Shown here piece after piece: positions 8,329-20,324 of a stretch of DNA of 64,000 nt. Numbering within the stretch: the stretch's first letter is position 1; each line of letters begins with the position of its first letter. Source of the stretch: an uncultured Oxalobacter sp. (GTDB lineage: Bacteria > Pseudomonadota > Gammaproteobacteria > Burkholderiales > Burkholderiaceae_D). The notes under the pieces were generated by a model that was not told the origin of the DNA, did no database searches, and saw only the letters and a list, made by a program, of their open reading frames with translations. The position numbers and the translations under genes are program-made. Where the stretch lies: assembly GCA_905202055.1 (NCBI GenBank), contig CAJKQK010000003.1, positions 1,264 to 65,263 of the forward strand. Direction: 5' to 3'.

Positions 8329-9063
8329 ATGAAATATTTCCTTTCGACCTTTCTGAGACGTTTTTCACTCGCTGCCCTGTTGCTGGCGGGATGTCTTGCT
8401 CACGCGGCGGCGACTTCACCTGAAGCCCGTATCCAGCAACGCCTGCAAAACTATCTTGGTGTCGACGTTCCGAAAAGCGCCATTGTCAAAACACCTTATA
8501 TGGGTTTGTATGAAGTCAGGCTCGGGAACAATCTCGTTTATACGGACAAGCAGGCTCAATATCTGTTTCTTGGCGAAATCATGAATCTGGAAACGAGGGA
8601 AAATTACACCGAGGAAAAACTTAAAAAGATGGTTACCCGGTTTGCCGATCTGCCAAAAGATCTGGCCATCAAGATCGTGAAGGGAAACGGGAAACGCGAA
8701 ATCGCCGTTTTTTCCGATCCGAATTGCGCTTATTGCAAACGGTTTGAAGGCAACCTGAAAGAAATCGACAATGTGACGGTTTATCTTTATCCGTACAATA
8801 TTCTGTCGGCCAATTCGGTTGAGATTTCGAAAAATGCCTGGTGTTCGGCCAACCCTGCAAAAGCATGGGAAGACTGGATGCTGAATGGAAATGTACCGGA
8901 AAAGGCAAAACCCGATTGCAACTTCCCTAATGAAAAAATCCGCGAATTGGGACAAAAACTCAAAGTCAGTGGCACGCCGACTATTTTCTTTACCGACAAT
9001 ACTCGCGTAGCGGGCGCTATCGATGCTGAATCACTGGAGAAAAAGTTGAAATCGCTGAAATAA
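8329..9063 (+). CDS. dsbC: Periplasmic thiol:disulfide interchange protein, DsbC/DsbG family.
   Basis: 244 aa. It has a signal peptide, an N-terminal dimerisation region and a thioredoxin fold with a CAYC active site. Confidence 0.75.
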   Translation: MKYFLSTFLRRFSLAALLLAGCLAHAAATSPEARIQQRLQNYLGVDVPKSAIVKTPYMGLYEVRLGNNLVYTDKQAQYLFLGEIMNLETRENYTEEKLKKMVTRFADLPKDLAIKIVKGNGKREIAVFSDPNCAYCKRFEGNLKEIDNVTVYLYPYNILSANSVEISKNAWCSANPAKAWEDWMLNGNVPEKAKPDCNFPNEKIRELGQKLKVSGTPTIFFTDNTRVAGAIDAESLEKKLKSLK

Positions 9064-9082
9064 CCGGTTCCGGATAATAAAT

Positions 9083-9117
9083 AAATCCTGTCCATCGCTG
9101 ATGGACGGGATTTATTT
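9083..9117. terminator. Bidirectional hairpin terminator between dsbC and the convergent DMT transporter gene.
   Basis: aaatcctgtccatcgctgatggacgggatttattttt: a 12-bp stem with a T-run. Confidence 0.5.
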
Positions 9118-10032
9118 TTGTGTGAGTTTATGGACAAGCGCCTTGATGGAGGCCAGAGACATGTTGAACGACTTGCCCAGAATAATGACGATCACGGCCA
9201 GTATGATCATGAATATGCCGACGGCCATATTGACGGTCAGCGGTTCGTGAAACACGACAATCCCCACAAAAACAGCCGTTAAGGGTTCGAGCGCTCCGAG
9301 AATAGCGGTAACGGTCGAGCCGACATTGTGAACCGCCCACACCATTGCAACGCACGATACGACGGTCGGAACCAGCGCCAGCATGAGGATATCGAACCAC
9401 GACGCGACACCGGAGATCATTTCCAGATTCGCACCGAATTTCAGTTTGATGAAGAAAATTCCGCTTCCAACCAGGAGCGCATAAAAGGTCAGTTTGTCCC
9501 CATCCATTGTATTGACACGCGTTTTGTTGACGCCGACGATATAAAGCGCATAAGCCAGTGCCGACAGGAAAACGATAAATATGCCGAACATGCTTAACGG
9601 CATTCCCTGGTTTCCTTTATAGAGCAGCCCAATACCGACGAATGCCAGCATGATGGAGGTGATTGTCGCCCAGGTAATTTTCTCCCTGAAAAAAATCGCC
9701 ATGATCAGCGTCACCAGAATCGGATAGAAAAACAGGATGGTCGAGGCAATGCCCGATTCCATGTAGAGATAGCTCATGAAAAGAAACAGCGACGACAGCG
9801 CGAAAAGGCTTCCCAGTCCCATCAGCGGCAGGATATCGGCACGCTCGAGCCTGAACGATTTGCCGGTCAGTTTCAGGACGGCTCCCAGAAACAGGGTCGC
9901 AAAGAAATAACGATAGAACAGGATACTATCGTAATGCATTCCACGGGACATCAGGGGCAGAGTAAACAGGGGAACCAGCCCGTAGGTCGCGGAAGAAATA
10001 CAGCCATAAAGATAGCCTTTGATTTTATTCAT
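9112..10032 (-). CDS. DMT-superfamily (EamA-like) transporter, 10 transmembrane helices.
   Basis: 306 aa, very hydrophobic, with a duplicated EamA-like architecture. Confidence 0.7.
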   Translation of the reverse strand: MNKIKGYLYGCISSATYGLVPLFTLPLMSRGMHYDSILFYRYFFATLFLGAVLKLTGKSFRLERADILPLMGLGSLFALSSLFLFMSYLYMESGIASTILFFYPILVTLIMAIFFREKITWATITSIMLAFVGIGLLYKGNQGMPLSMFGIFIVFLSALAYALYIVGVNKTRVNTMDGDKLTFYALLVGSGIFFIKLKFGANLEMISGVASWFDILMLALVPTVVSCVAMVWAVHNVGSTVTAILGALEPLTAVFVGIVVFHEPLTVNMAVGIFMIILAVIVIILGKSFNMSLASIKALVHKLTQK

Positions 10033-10332
10033 GTTATTTGTGACTGTATTGCGAGAAAAGACTGTAAAAAAGTCTCATCATACCGAGTTCCCGCATGGAA
10101 ACATCTATTTTTTCATTCTTCCTTGTTCAATCTTTATATCGTTTATCAAATATAAAAGTAAGTCCGTTTTACCATTTTATATATGACAAATCAGACGATA
10201 TTGGGTTTGGACAATCGATATTAACCCTGCCATTCGTCTGGTCTGGTTGATTACAGTATAATTTTTACCTTGTTGCTCCGTTTTTGGCACAATCGGATTC
10301 CGGAAATAATTAAACAGTTTTCTTCAATAAAA

Positions 10333-13300
10333 ATGACCTCGACAGATAAAACCTCTACTGAAGCCTGTCTTCGCGAAATTATGTCCAAACGCATTCTTGT
10401 TCTGGACGGTGCAATGGGTACGATGATCCAGCGTTACGGACTGACCGAAGAGGATTATCGGGGTGGCCCCGGTGGCCGGTTTGCGAATTTTGTGCCTCCG
10501 GCTTCCGAAAGCAAACGGGAACTGTTCGTCAAGGGCAACAACGAATTGTTGTCGCTGACCCAGCCGCACATCATTTCAGCCATTCATGAAGAATACCTGA
10601 AAGCGGGTGCCGACGTGATCGAAACGAATACGTTTGGCGCAACATCGATTGCCCAGGGCGATTATCACATGGCACATCTCGTTTACGAGATGAATGTGCA
10701 ATCGGCGAAAATCGCCCGTGAAATTTGCGACATGTATTCCACACCTGATCGTCCACGTTTCGTGGCGGGTTCTATCGGGCCGACCCCAAGAACCGCGTCG
10801 ATCTCTCCCGATGTCAGCGATCCGGGCGCGCGTAATGTCACGTTCGACCAACTGGTCGAGGCATACATGGAACAAATCAGGGGACTTGTCGAAGGCGGTG
10901 CCGACCTGCTGCTGGTCGAAACGGTTTTCGATACCCTGAACTGCAAGGCCGCTCTTTTCGCCATCGATTCGTTTTTCGAAGAATCCGGCAAGAAATTGCC
11001 GATCATGATTTCCGGTACGGTGACGGACGCTTCCGGCCGTATCCTGTCGGGACAGACAGTGACGGCTTTCTGGTATTCCATCCGCCATGCCCGTCCTTTG
11101 ACGGTCGGGCTGAACTGCGCACTGGGTGCCGTACTGATGAGGCCTTATGTTGAAGAACTGTCCCGCATTGCCGATACGCATATCTGCATTTATCCCAATG
11201 CCGGCTTGCCCAATCCAATGAGCGAAACGGGCTTTGACGAATTGCCTGAAGACACGTCGGCCTTTTTGAAGGAATTTGCCGAAAGCGGCTTTATCAACGT
11301 TGTGGGCGGATGTTGCGGTACGACGCCCGACCATATTCGCGCTATTGCAAAAGCGGTCGCGCCTTTGCCTCCGAGAAAAGTCCCGACTATTCCGCCTGCC
11401 ATGCGCCTGTCCGGGCTGGAACCTTTCACGATTGACGACAATTCCCTGTTCGTCAATGTCGGGGAACGGACCAACGTAACCGGTTCGAAAGCTTTCGCCC
11501 GGATGATCCTGAACGAGGAATACGACAACGCGCTTGCGGTCGCACGACAACAGGTCGAAAACGGTGCCCAGATCATCGACATCAATATGGATGAGGCCAT
11601 GCTGGATTCGGTCAGTGCGATGAAACGTTTTCTGAATCTGATAGCATCGGAGCCGGAAATCTCGCGTGTGCCGGTTATGCTGGACTCGTCCAAATGGGAA
11701 GTCATTGAGACTGGCTTGAAATGCCTGCAAGGCAAATCGATCGTCAATTCCATATCTCTGAAAAATGGTGAAGAAGAATTCATTCATCATGCCAAACTGT
11801 GCCGTCGTTATGGTGCAGCCATTATCGTGATGGCATTCGATGAAAAGGGACAGGCCGACACGTACCAGCGCAAAATCGATATCTGCAAACGGGCATATGA
11901 CTTGCTGGTCAACCAGATCGGGTTCCCGTCTGAAGACATCATTTTCGATCCGAATATCTTTGCGATCGCGACCGGTATCGAAGAGCATAACAATTATGCG
12001 GTCGATTTTATCGAGGCGACCCGCTGGATCAGGAACAACCTGCCGAATGCAAGAATCAGCGGTGGCGTCTCCAACGTCAGTTTCAGTTTGCGCGGCAATA
12101 ATCCTGCCCGTGAAGCCATCCATACCGTTTTCCTGTATCACGCCATTTCAGCCGGGATGACGATGGGTATCGTCAACGCGGGCATGATGGGCGTTTACGA
12201 CGAGATTCCGGAAGCCTTGCGTGAACGGGTTGAAGACGCCGTCCTGAATCGCCGTGAAGATGCGACGGAACGTCTGATCGACGTGGCTGGAGAATTCCAG
12301 TCCGGAGCCAAAAAAGAAGGTGAAAATCTTCAGTGGAGAGAAGAATCCGTCAACAAACGCCTGTCTTATGCTTTCGTGCATGGCGTAACGGACTTCATCA
12401 TTGAAGACACGGAAGAAGCCCTGCAGGATACACTGAAGAACGGTGGCAAACCGATTGAAGTTATCGAAGGACCGTTGATGGACGGGATGAATGCTGTCGG
12501 CGATCTTTTCGGGCAGGGCAAAATGTTCCTGCCTCAGGTCGTCAAGTCCGCACGCGTCATGAAACAGGCCGTCGCGCATCTGGTACCTTATATCGAGGAA
12601 GAAAAGCGTCAGAGTGGCAGCAGCCAGTCGAACGGAAAGATCGTTATTGCTACGGTCAAGGGTGACGTTCACGATATCGGCAAAAACATTGTTGCCGTCG
12701 TTTTGCAGTGCAACAACTTTGAAGTCATCAATCTGGGCGTCATGGTTCCATGTGAGGAAATCCTTGCAAAGGCCAAGGAGGTCAACGCCGATGCCATTGG
12801 CCTGTCCGGCCTGATCACGCCGTCGCTGGAAGAAATGATGTACGTTGCCGGTGAAATGCAGCGGGATGAATATTTCCGTTCCCGCAATATTCCGCTCTTT
12901 ATCGGTGGCGCGACGACCAGCAAGACCCATACTGCTGTCAAGATCGCACCGAATTACGAAGGCCCGGTTGTCCATGTCACCGATGCTTCCAGAACCGTCA
13001 CGGTCATCCAGGCACTGCTTTCAGACAGTATCCGTGAGAAATATCTCAAGGTTCTGTCGGACGATTACGAGCATATCCGGGAATTGCATGCCCAGAAAAA
13101 ACCCCAGAAACTGCTGTCTATCGGGGATGCACGAAAGAACAAGGCCCAGTTATCGTTTGAAGGAAAAGACGCACCGAAGCGGCCGACTTATCTCGGACAG
13201 CGTTTCCTGAGAAATATCGATTTGGCCACGCTGGTCGATTACATCGACTGGTCGCCGTTTTTCAGGGTATGGGATTTGTCCGGCTCCTATCCGACCATCC

Positions 13301-14094
13301 TGAACGATGCCGTCCATGGCGAAATGGCCAGAAAAGTTTTCGCCGATGGCCAGAAAATGCTGGAAAGGCTCATCAAGGGTAAATGGCTGACGGCAAATGC
13401 CACGCTGGCGCTGATGCCGGCCAACACCGTCAACGATGACGATATTGAAATCTATACCGATGAATCACGTTCCAAGGTCGCCTTCACTTATTATGGTGTC
13501 CGTCAACAAAACGAAAAACCGGTTGTCGATGGCGTTGCACGCCCGAACCAGTGCATGTCCGATTTCATTGCGCCGAAATCCTCCGGAATAAAGGACTATA
13601 TCGGTATGTTCGGCGTCACGGCAGGTTTGGGAATCGAAAAGCATCTTGAGCAATTCGAAACTGAACTGGACGATTATGACGCTATCATGCTGAAGGCGCT
13701 TGCCGACCGCCTCGTCGAGGCTTTGGCCGAGTACCTGCACGAACTGGTGAGGAAGGACCTCTGGGGCTATTCGTCCGACGAAGCATTCACGAATGAACAG
13801 CTCGTCAAGGAACATTACAGGGGCATCAGGCCTGCGCCGGGTTATCCGTCCTGCCCTGAACATACGGTGAAAGATGATCTCTTCCGGATATTGAGATGCG
13901 AGGAAATCGGCATGAAGCTGACGGAGTCATACGCCATGTTGCCGACAGCATCCATTACCGGATTTTATTTCGCCCATCCTGATGCCCATTACTTCACGAT
14001 CGGGAAAATCGGAAAAGACCAGATGAGCGACATGGCGAAAAGAAGGAATGTGCCGGAAGAACAGCTTGCAAAATGGCTGGCTCCGATTCTCTGA
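10333..14094 (+). CDS. metH: Cobalamin-dependent methionine synthase.
   Basis: Homocysteine-binding ([13 protein letters not shown]), pterin-binding, B12-binding ([10 protein letters not shown]) and AdoMet-activation domains are all present. The ORF-track start at 10270 is probably over-extended. The ATG at 10333 (MTSTDKTS...) matches the length of E. coli MetH. Confidence 0.92.
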   Translation: MTSTDKTSTEACLREIMSKRILVLDGAMGTMIQRYGLTEEDYRGGPGGRFANFVPPASESKRELFVKGNNELLSLTQPHIISAIHEEYLKAGADVIETNTFGATSIAQGDYHMAHLVYEMNVQSAKIAREICDMYSTPDRPRFVAGSIGPTPRTASISPDVSDPGARNVTFDQLVEAYMEQIRGLVEGGADLLLVETVFDTLNCKAALFAIDSFFEESGKKLPIMISGTVTDASGRILSGQTVTAFWYSIRHARPLTVGLNCALGAVLMRPYVEELSRIADTHICIYPNAGLPNPMSETGFDELPEDTSAFLKEFAESGFINVVGGCCGTTPDHIRAIAKAVAPLPPRKVPTIPPAMRLSGLEPFTIDDNSLFVNVGERTNVTGSKAFARMILNEEYDNALAVARQQVENGAQIIDINMDEAMLDSVSAMKRFLNLIASEPEISRVPVMLDSSKWEVIETGLKCLQGKSIVNSISLKNGEEEFIHHAKLCRRYGAAIIVMAFDEKGQADTYQRKIDICKRAYDLLVNQIGFPSEDIIFDPNIFAIATGIEEHNNYAVDFIEATRWIRNNLPNARISGGVSNVSFSLRGNNPAREAIHTVFLYHAISAGMTMGIVNAGMMGVYDEIPEALRERVEDAVLNRREDATERLIDVAGEFQSGAKKEGENLQWREESVNKRLSYAFVHGVTDFIIEDTEEALQDTLKNGGKPIEVIEGPLMDGMNAVGDLFGQGKMFLPQVVKSARVMKQAVAHLVPYIEEEKRQSGSSQSNGKIVIATVKGDVHDIGKNIVAVVLQCNNFEVINLGVMVPCEEILAKAKEVNADAIGLSGLITPSLEEMMYVAGEMQRDEYFRSRNIPLFIGGATTSKTHTAVKIAPNYEGPVVHVTDASRTVTVIQALLSDSIREKYLKVLSDDYEHIRELHAQKKPQKLLSIGDARKNKAQLSFEGKDAPKRPTYLGQRFLRNIDLATLVDYIDWSPFFRVWDLSGSYPTILNDAVHGEMARKVFADGQKMLERLIKGKWLTANATLALMPANTVNDDDIEIYTDESRSKVAFTYYGVRQQNEKPVVDGVARPNQCMSDFIAPKSSGIKDYIGMFGVTAGLGIEKHLEQFETELDDYDAIMLKALADRLVEALAEYLHELVRKDLWGYSSDEAFTNEQLVKEHYRGIRPAPGYPSCPEHTVKDDLFRILRCEEIGMKLTESYAMLPTASITGFYFAHPDAHYFTIGKIGKDQMSDMAKRRNVPEEQLAKWLAPIL

Positions 14095-14124
14095 ATGGAC
14101 TGACTGATTATCGACGGAATTGCC

Positions 14125-15948
14125 ATGACACAAGCTATCCAATATTGTATTGAACCCTTCGATCTGAACGGTCATTTGTTCAGGGTATCGATGACGGTAA
14201 GCGATCCAGACAAAAACGGACAACTGTTCAGGTTGCCGGCATGGATTCCGGGTAGCTATATGATCCGTGAATTTGCCAAAAATATCGTCCAGATCCGTGC
14301 CACTTGCCAGAACAGAACCATTCGGCTGCACAAAATCGATAAGCATACATGGCAGGCTGAACCCTCTGATGGGCCGGTTACGTTAAGTTACGAAGTGTAT
14401 GCATGGGATCTGTCTGTCCGATCCGCACATGTGGATCAAACCCATGCTTTTTTCAACGGTTCGAGTGTTTTCCTGGAGGCAGTTGGACTGGAAAACCGGC
14501 CACACATCGTCGACATCAAAAAACCGGATTCACCTGATACCCTGACTTGGCGGGTCATAACGGCACTTCCGGAACACAAGGCTTCCCGTTACGGTTTCGG
14601 AACGTACATGGCGAAGGATTACGATGAACTGATCGATTCGCCTGTCGAAATGGGTAACTTCATGCTGGGCCAGTTCGAGGCTTGCGGCGTGCCCCATGAA
14701 ATCGCGATTACCGGGAAAGTCCCCAATCTGGATCTGAAACGCATTGAAGACGATCTCAGGAAAATCTGCGAAACCGAAATCGCATTTTTTGAACCGGAAA
14801 CCCGAAAGGCACCTGTTTCACGATACGTATTTTTTGTCATGGTCGTCAAGAACGGTTATGGCGGACTCGAGCACCGCGCCTCAACCGCCCTGCTCTGTTC
14901 AAGGTCGTCGCTGCCAGCGAAAAACAGGGCGGAAAATCCTGCTCAGAAAATCGACGAGGACTATCTGCAATTTCTCGGGCTGTGCAGTCACGAGTATTTC
15001 CATACATGGAATGTCAAAAGGATCAAACCGGCCGTATTCGCCCCTTATGATTTGCAGCAGGAAACCTATACACGTCTTTTGTGGATGTTCGAAGGTTTCA
15101 CGAGCTATTACGACGACTTGACGATTGTCCGGAGCAGCATAACAGATGTAAGCACTTACTTGCATCAAATCGCCCAGACTATCAATAATGTGTTACGTGG
15201 ACACGGCCGATTCAAACAGAGCCTTGCCGAAGCGAGTTTCGACGCATGGATCAAATATTACCGTCAGGATGAAAATACACCCAATGCGCTGGTCAGCTAT
15301 TACACCAAGGGTTCGCTGGTTGCGCTTGCGCTCGATTTGACGATCCGGCTCGGTACCGGCAATAGCAAATCGCTTGATGATGTCATGCGGGCATTGTGGC
15401 ACCGGTATGGCCGCGATTTTTACGATGGCAAAAACAGCGGCATCACCGATACGGAAGCGGAAGCGATTATTGAGGAAATCAGCGGACTGGATTTGCAGGA
15501 ATTCTTCAGGAAATACATTTACGGAACAACCGAACTTTCTTTGGCAGACCTGTTTTTCTCTTTCGGCGTTTCCATGAACGACGCGAATATCGATGTTAAA
15601 CCAGGGCTCGACATTCGTGTCAAGCGTTCAGGAAGCGATTGTCTCGTGACTCACGTATTTGAAGGCGGAGCTGCCCACCGCGCCGGAATTTCAGCTGGCG
15701 ACGTCTTGCTGGCCATCGATGGCCTGAGGGTCTCTTCGGAAAACCCTGCGGTGAATCTGGAAAAACAGCTTTCCCGTTACTCGGTCGGCGAAAAAGTAGA
15801 GGCTTACGTTTTCCGCCGGGATGAATTGATGAAGTTCGACGTCATTCTTGCCGACGAGCATATCCCGAAATTCATCCTGACCTTGTCGAAAGACGAAACG
15901 CCTGCCATGAAGGAAGCCCGGCAACTCTGGCTACACAAAGCCGAATAA
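14125..15948 (+). CDS. M61-family glycyl aminopeptidase-like metallopeptidase with a C-terminal PDZ domain.
   Basis: 607 aa. It has a HEYFH zinc motif and a PDZ-like C-terminus (GISAGDVLLAIDG). Confidence 0.75.
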   Translation: MTQAIQYCIEPFDLNGHLFRVSMTVSDPDKNGQLFRLPAWIPGSYMIREFAKNIVQIRATCQNRTIRLHKIDKHTWQAEPSDGPVTLSYEVYAWDLSVRSAHVDQTHAFFNGSSVFLEAVGLENRPHIVDIKKPDSPDTLTWRVITALPEHKASRYGFGTYMAKDYDELIDSPVEMGNFMLGQFEACGVPHEIAITGKVPNLDLKRIEDDLRKICETEIAFFEPETRKAPVSRYVFFVMVVKNGYGGLEHRASTALLCSRSSLPAKNRAENPAQKIDEDYLQFLGLCSHEYFHTWNVKRIKPAVFAPYDLQQETYTRLLWMFEGFTSYYDDLTIVRSSITDVSTYLHQIAQTINNVLRGHGRFKQSLAEASFDAWIKYYRQDENTPNALVSYYTKGSLVALALDLTIRLGTGNSKSLDDVMRALWHRYGRDFYDGKNSGITDTEAEAIIEEISGLDLQEFFRKYIYGTTELSLADLFFSFGVSMNDANIDVKPGLDIRVKRSGSDCLVTHVFEGGAAHRAGISAGDVLLAIDGLRVSSENPAVNLEKQLSRYSVGEKVEAYVFRRDELMKFDVILADEHIPKFILTLSKDETPAMKEARQLWLHKAE

Positions 15949-15988
15949 ACGTGATTTCCAATGCCCTGTTCGACTGATGGCAACTTCA

Positions 15989-16789
15989 TCAGGCGAACAG
16001 TTTCGCCAATTCTTCCCCCGGTTCTTTGGCACGCATAAACGCTTCGCCGATCAGGAACGCATTGACACCTGCCTGACGCATTTTCTGAACGTCTTGTCGT
16101 TGCAAAATGCCTGATTCCGTCACAACCAGTTTGTCTTCAGGCAAGCCGGGCAACAGATCGATTGTATTTTGAATGGTCGTTTTGAACGTACGAAGATCCC
16201 GGTTATTGATTCCCAAAAGGCTTGTTTTCAATGCAAGCGCCCTTTCCAGTTCTTCGGCATTGTGAACCTCGACCAGAACGTTCATTCCCAATTCGAACGC
16301 ACAGGCTTCGAGTTCAGCCATCTGGCTATCGGACAAAGCGGCAACGATCAGAAGAATACAATCGGCCCCCCATGCTCCGGCTTCATAAACCTGATAGGGA
16401 TCGATCATGAAATCTTTGCGTAAGACAGGCAGGGAACAGGCCGCTTTCGCCTGAAGCAGATAATCGGGAGAACCCTGGAAAAATTCCTTGTCAGTGAGTA
16501 CTGACAAACATGCTGCGCCATGTTTTTCATAGCTTTTTGCAATTTCATCAGGATAAAAGGCTTCGCGAATTACCCCTTTTGATGGCGACGCTTTCTTCAC
16601 TTCGGCAATCACTCCGGCACGGCCTGCTGCAATTTTCCGTCGAAGCGCCTCTTCGAAATTCCGGCGTATCCCTTTCAAGTCAATACCGTTTTCGACTCTG
16701 TTTCGCAAAGCGGAAAACGGTTCCCTGCTTTTGGCGGATTCGATTTCATTTTCTTTGACGGAAAGGATTTTCTTCAGAATGTCAGACAT
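15989..16789 (-). CDS. trpC: Indole-3-glycerol phosphate synthase.
   Basis: TrpC fold motifs are present. The ORF-track start at 16945 overlaps trpD. The internal ATG at 16789 (MSDILKKIL...) is the likely true start, 10 bp downstream of the trpD stop. Confidence 0.85.
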   Translation of the reverse strand: MSDILKKILSVKENEIESAKSREPFSALRNRVENGIDLKGIRRNFEEALRRKIAAGRAGVIAEVKKASPSKGVIREAFYPDEIAKSYEKHGAACLSVLTDKEFFQGSPDYLLQAKAACSLPVLRKDFMIDPYQVYEAGAWGADCILLIVAALSDSQMAELEACAFELGMNVLVEVHNAEELERALALKTSLLGINNRDLRTFKTTIQNTIDLLPGLPEDKLVVTESGILQRQDVQKMRQAGVNAFLIGEAFMRAKEPGEELAKLFA

Positions 16790-16799
16790 ATGCCGCCCG

Positions 16800-17840
16800 T
16801 TATTTGTTGTTGATCGATTGGGTAAACCCGACAAACTGGTCAAGTTTCGTTCTCGCTGCGCCTGATTTGATGGCAGCCTGCGCCTGTGCAAGGCCATCGG
16901 CAATCGAAGTCGCTTTTCCGGCGGCATACAGGGCCGCTCCTGCATTCAGGGCAATGATATCCGTTGCGGGAGTCACTTTGTTGTTCAGTGCATCCAGAAC
17001 GATTTTTTTCGATTCCTGTGCATTTTCAACCTGAAAATTGCGGCTGGCGTACATCCTCAGCCCGAAATCTTCCGGATGAATGTCATACTCGCGAACCTTT
17101 CCGTCAGAAAGCTCGCCAACCAGCGTACTGGCTCCAAGCGAGACCTCATCCAGATTGTCCCTTCCCCAGACGACAAGCGCCCTTTTGACGCCCATTTTCT
17201 GAAGGACACGCACCTGAATGCCGACGAGATCGGGATGGAAGACGCCCATCATCATATTGTCTGCATAAGCCGGGTTGGTCAAAGGGCCCAGGATATTGAA
17301 AATAGTCCTGACACCCAGTTCCTCACGCACGGCCCTGGCATGTTTCATCGCCGAATGGTGATTCGGGGCATACATGAAGCCGATACCGACATTGTCGATG
17401 GACCGGGCGATCTGTTCCGGAGACAGGTTGATATTGACGTTTAACGCTTCCAGCAAATCGGCGCTTCCGGACGAGGAAGAAACACTCCGGCTCCCGTGTT
17501 TTGCGACCCTCGCGCCACAGGCCGCGGCGACAAACATGGATGCGGTCGAAATATTGAAAGTATGCGCCCCATCGCCGCCGGTTCCGACAATATCAAGAAG
17601 GTTAGCCGTGTCATTGACTTTGACCTTGAGTGAAAACTCGCGCATCACTTCGGCTGCTGCAGCGATTTCCCCGACGGTTTCTTTCTTTACCCGGAAACCG
17701 ATAGTTAACGCCGCAATCATGACCGGTGTCATTTCACCGCTCATGATGCTTCGGAACAGGGACAACATTTCATCGTGAAAAATTTCACGGTGTTCAATGC
17801 ATCGTAAAAGCGCTTCCTGAGGTTTGATACTGGTTGTCAT
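16800..17840 (-). CDS. trpD: Anthranilate phosphoribosyltransferase.
   Basis: 346 aa, with a [15 protein letters not shown] motif. Confidence 0.9.
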   Translation of the reverse strand: MTTSIKPQEALLRCIEHREIFHDEMLSLFRSIMSGEMTPVMIAALTIGFRVKKETVGEIAAAAEVMREFSLKVKVNDTANLLDIVGTGGDGAHTFNISTASMFVAAACGARVAKHGSRSVSSSSGSADLLEALNVNINLSPEQIARSIDNVGIGFMYAPNHHSAMKHARAVREELGVRTIFNILGPLTNPAYADNMMMGVFHPDLVGIQVRVLQKMGVKRALVVWGRDNLDEVSLGASTLVGELSDGKVREYDIHPEDFGLRMYASRNFQVENAQESKKIVLDALNNKVTPATDIIALNAGAALYAAGKATSIADGLAQAQAAIKSGAARTKLDQFVGFTQSINNK

Positions 17841-17842
17841 GA

Positions 17843-18406
17843 TTATTCCGCTATAAAGTTTTTAAGCAGGGCATGGCCCTCTTCGGACAAAATGGATTCA
17901 GGATGGAATTGCACCCCTTCAATGGCATATTGTTTGTGGCGCACGCCCATGATTTCGCCATCTTCCGTCCATGCAGTGATTTCGAGGCAATCCGGAAGGC
18001 TTTCCCTCTCGATTGCCAGAGAATGGTATCGGGTTATCGTTACCGGATTCGGCAATCCACGGAAAACACCTTCATTCTTGTGGAATACCGGAGAGGTTTT
18101 TCCATGCATGACCTGTCTGGCACGGATGATTTTTCCGCCGAATGCCGCACCGATGGACTGATGGCCCAGGCATACTCCGAAAAGAGGGATTTTTCCGGCA
18201 AAATGTGTCAGGACTTCAAGAGAAATGCCCGCTTCGTAAGGAGTTTTCGGTCCCGGAGATATGCAGATATGATCAGGCCTCAGTTTCTCGATCTGATCGA
18301 GCGTAATTTCGTCGTTCCGGAACGTCCGGACATCGACACCCAATTCCCCGAAGTATTGAACGAGGTTATATGTAAACGAATCGTAATTATCAATCATCAC
18401 TAACAT
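17843..18406 (-). CDS. trpG: Anthranilate synthase component II / glutamine amidotransferase (TrpG/PabA).
   Basis: Class I GATase with a Cys-His-Glu triad (GVCLGHQ). The likely true start is [11 protein letters not shown] at 18406. The ORF-track start at 18487 is an over-extension. Confidence 0.85.
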   Translation of the reverse strand: MLVMIDNYDSFTYNLVQYFGELGVDVRTFRNDEITLDQIEKLRPDHICISPGPKTPYEAGISLEVLTHFAGKIPLFGVCLGHQSIGAAFGGKIIRARQVMHGKTSPVFHKNEGVFRGLPNPVTITRYHSLAIERESLPDCLEITAWTEDGEIMGVRHKQYAIEGVQFHPESILSEEGHALLKNFIAE

Positions 18407-18667
18407 GATCGTCACCCTGCAGGTATTTAAAAAGAGAAATGGTTCGTGCAAGACATGATGGCCATACAGCCAGACCGTCAACAACAAGAGAAGTGTGCGC
18501 GCACGAAAGGCGCAAAGGGATATCAGGCGACAGGCTTACGCCAGCGCAAGGTGAGGAAGATAACTGCTGATTGGATTTTTTTGCACATGGTGCAGATTAT
18601 TACTTAACTTGTTTAACTTATCAAGTGAACATGCTTATTTAAAAACAATAACGGATATCGGTCAAGC

Positions 18668-18847
18668 CTAAACAGGCTCTTCCTTGTCGTTATCATCTTC
18701 ATCGGCAGATGGAACCTTGTATTGTTCATCCGCCCATGCACCCAGATCGATTTCTTTGCAACGTTCGGAACAGAAAGGACGATAGGCATTCGCCTCTTTC
18801 CATTCAACATCTTTACCGCAAACGGGACATTTAACAATAGTAACCAT
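18668..18847 (-). CDS. yacG: DNA gyrase inhibitor YacG, a zinc-ribbon protein. This gene is absent from the supplied ORF track.
   Basis: I translated it by hand from the minus strand: [59 protein letters not shown]. It is 59 aa with a C4 zinc ribbon and an acidic tail, and sits downstream of zapD as in the coaE-zapD-yacG arrangement. Confidence 0.75.
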   Translation of the reverse strand: MVTIVKCPVCGKDVEWKEANAYRPFCSERCKEIDLGAWADEQYKVPSADEDDNDKEEPV

Positions 18848-18848
18848 A

Positions 18849-19598
18849 TCAGCACAAAGTCAATTCACACGATACATCTTCTTCCAGCAATTTCGGTTTC
18901 AAATCGCCGTCCTGTTTCGTGAAACGTATCCACAACATGTATTTGTTGGCCGACGCTTCGGGAATCGCGCCACTTTTCTCTTCCACCTGGATTCTCAACA
19001 TCTGGTGGACTTTTCCCTGCAGCATCTGCTGGTAGCTTCCCGACTCGGCAACAACCCTGAATTGTACACCGGAGGCCCGCAACAGGCGCAAGACCAGTCC
19101 GACTGCCGCCAGAAGCGATGCCATCGGCGCAAACCAGTTCTGGATATCCTTGTAGCGTTCTTCCGTACTCCGGTGCTGCCAGGCATAGTAGGAAGGCAAG
19201 TCGAATTCACAGGCACCACCGGGAATCATGGTTCTTCCGCGGACACTCATCAGCCATTCGTTTTCACGAATGCTCTGTCCTGTTTTTCCCAGGGTATTGA
19301 CGAGTGCGGCACTGACCTGATCGATTTCTTTCAAGACATCGTCAAGGACTTCTTTTTGAATATTCGGATGTTCCCTGTATCCCGCCAGAATCTGTTTTTG
19401 ACGTTCGAGCTCCTGAAGCAAATCCGATTTCAAATCGGAACGGGAAGCGACTTCAAGCATTTCGAAGATAAGGGTTAACGCAACATGATGTTGCAGGGCA
19501 TGATTCTGATGCAGGAAAAAGTTGAATCTTTCATGCAAATCCTCAAGCCGCAACAAGGTGCGGATACGTTCGTTGAAAGGGTATTCGTAAGTTATCAA
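18849..19598 (-). CDS. zapD: Cell division protein ZapD.
   Basis: 249 aa. The N-terminus is [21 protein letters not shown]. Flanked by coaE and yacG. Confidence 0.82.
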   Translation of the reverse strand: MITYEYPFNERIRTLLRLEDLHERFNFFLHQNHALQHHVALTLIFEMLEVASRSDLKSDLLQELERQKQILAGYREHPNIQKEVLDDVLKEIDQVSAALVNTLGKTGQSIRENEWLMSVRGRTMIPGGACEFDLPSYYAWQHRSTEERYKDIQNWFAPMASLLAAVGLVLRLLRASGVQFRVVAESGSYQQMLQGKVHQMLRIQVEEKSGAIPEASANKYMLWIRFTKQDGDLKPKLLEEDVSCELTLC

Positions 19599-19678
19599 AA
19601 TGATTCCTCTTTCAATTCCGATGTTTCATTTAAGCAAGATTCTGAACGAAGCATTAAAAAATTACAAATAAAGTGACC

Positions 19679-20299
19679 TCATAAACCGGTTTGTTGCGCC
19701 ATTGCAGTATATTTTGCATGCAAAATAACCACTTCTTTCAAAACTTCTCCCACACTTTTGTCATTGACGATGACATCGTCCGCAATCGCCAGCCTCTGCT
19801 GGCGTGTCGCCTGTGTCGCCATAATCGCGGCAACCTGCTCATGACTCATGTTATTTCGCTTCATGACGCGTTCTACCTGTAACTCTTCCGGACAGTCGAC
19901 TGTCAGAATCCTCGTCCCCATTCCATGCCATATCGGCACCTCGACCAATAGCGGGATGACAAATATGACATAAGTCCCTGTTGCCATTTCTGCCTGTTCC
20001 AGCGATACTTTCCTGATCAGCGGATGCATGATCGCTTCCAGTTTCAGGCGTTCATCCGGATTGGAAAATACCAGTTCACGCATCAGTGAACGGTTCATCG
20101 CCCCGTCCGGCTGTATGAATTGGCCGCCGAATTCTTTCCGTATCGATTCGATTGCCTCGCCCCCCGGCAAAGTCAGATTTCGTGCCACGTCGTCCGTATC
20201 CACAATGGAGGCGCCCTGTTCCGCAAACAAATTGGCAATCATGGTTTTTCCACTGCCGATTCCGCCAGTCAAACCGATTGAGAAATCCTTATAACTCAT
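19679..20299 (-). CDS. coaE: Dephospho-CoA kinase.
   Basis: P-loop GLTGGIGSGKT. The likely start is MSYKDFSIGLTGG at 20299; the ORF track extends to 20338. Confidence 0.85.
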   Translation of the reverse strand: MSYKDFSIGLTGGIGSGKTMIANLFAEQGASIVDTDDVARNLTLPGGEAIESIRKEFGGQFIQPDGAMNRSLMRELVFSNPDERLKLEAIMHPLIRKVSLEQAEMATGTYVIFVIPLLVEVPIWHGMGTRILTVDCPEELQVERVMKRNNMSHEQVAAIMATQATRQQRLAIADDVIVNDKSVGEVLKEVVILHAKYTAMAQQTGL

Positions 20300-20324
20300 T
20301 TTAGGCAAATTCTTCATCAAAAAT

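Noticed and set aside
10033-10332. Possible riboswitch (SAH or cobalamin) in the 300-bp metH leader
   Set aside because: The sequence is AT-rich promoter-like DNA (it has a TATAAT) without the GC-rich paired elements or conserved cores of SAH or B12 riboswitches that I can recognise. It would need an Infernal scan to be certain.
10576-12141. 521-aa ORF antisense to metH (similar long antisense ORFs at 28823..30130 in gyrB, 56332..57471 in atpD, 44638..45684 in dxs, 49808..50695 in polA, 4987..5754 across vsr/MTase, 59236..59910 in atpA)
   Set aside because: They lie entirely inside well-supported conserved genes on the opposite strand. They have low-complexity, Arg/Gly-rich translations typical of stop-codon-poor antisense frames, and no recognisable domains.
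18407-18667. Possible trp attenuator / leader peptide upstream of trpG-trpD-trpC
   Set aside because: No small ORF with tandem Trp codons. No convincing alternative terminator and anti-terminator hairpin pair followed by a U-run on the minus strand.
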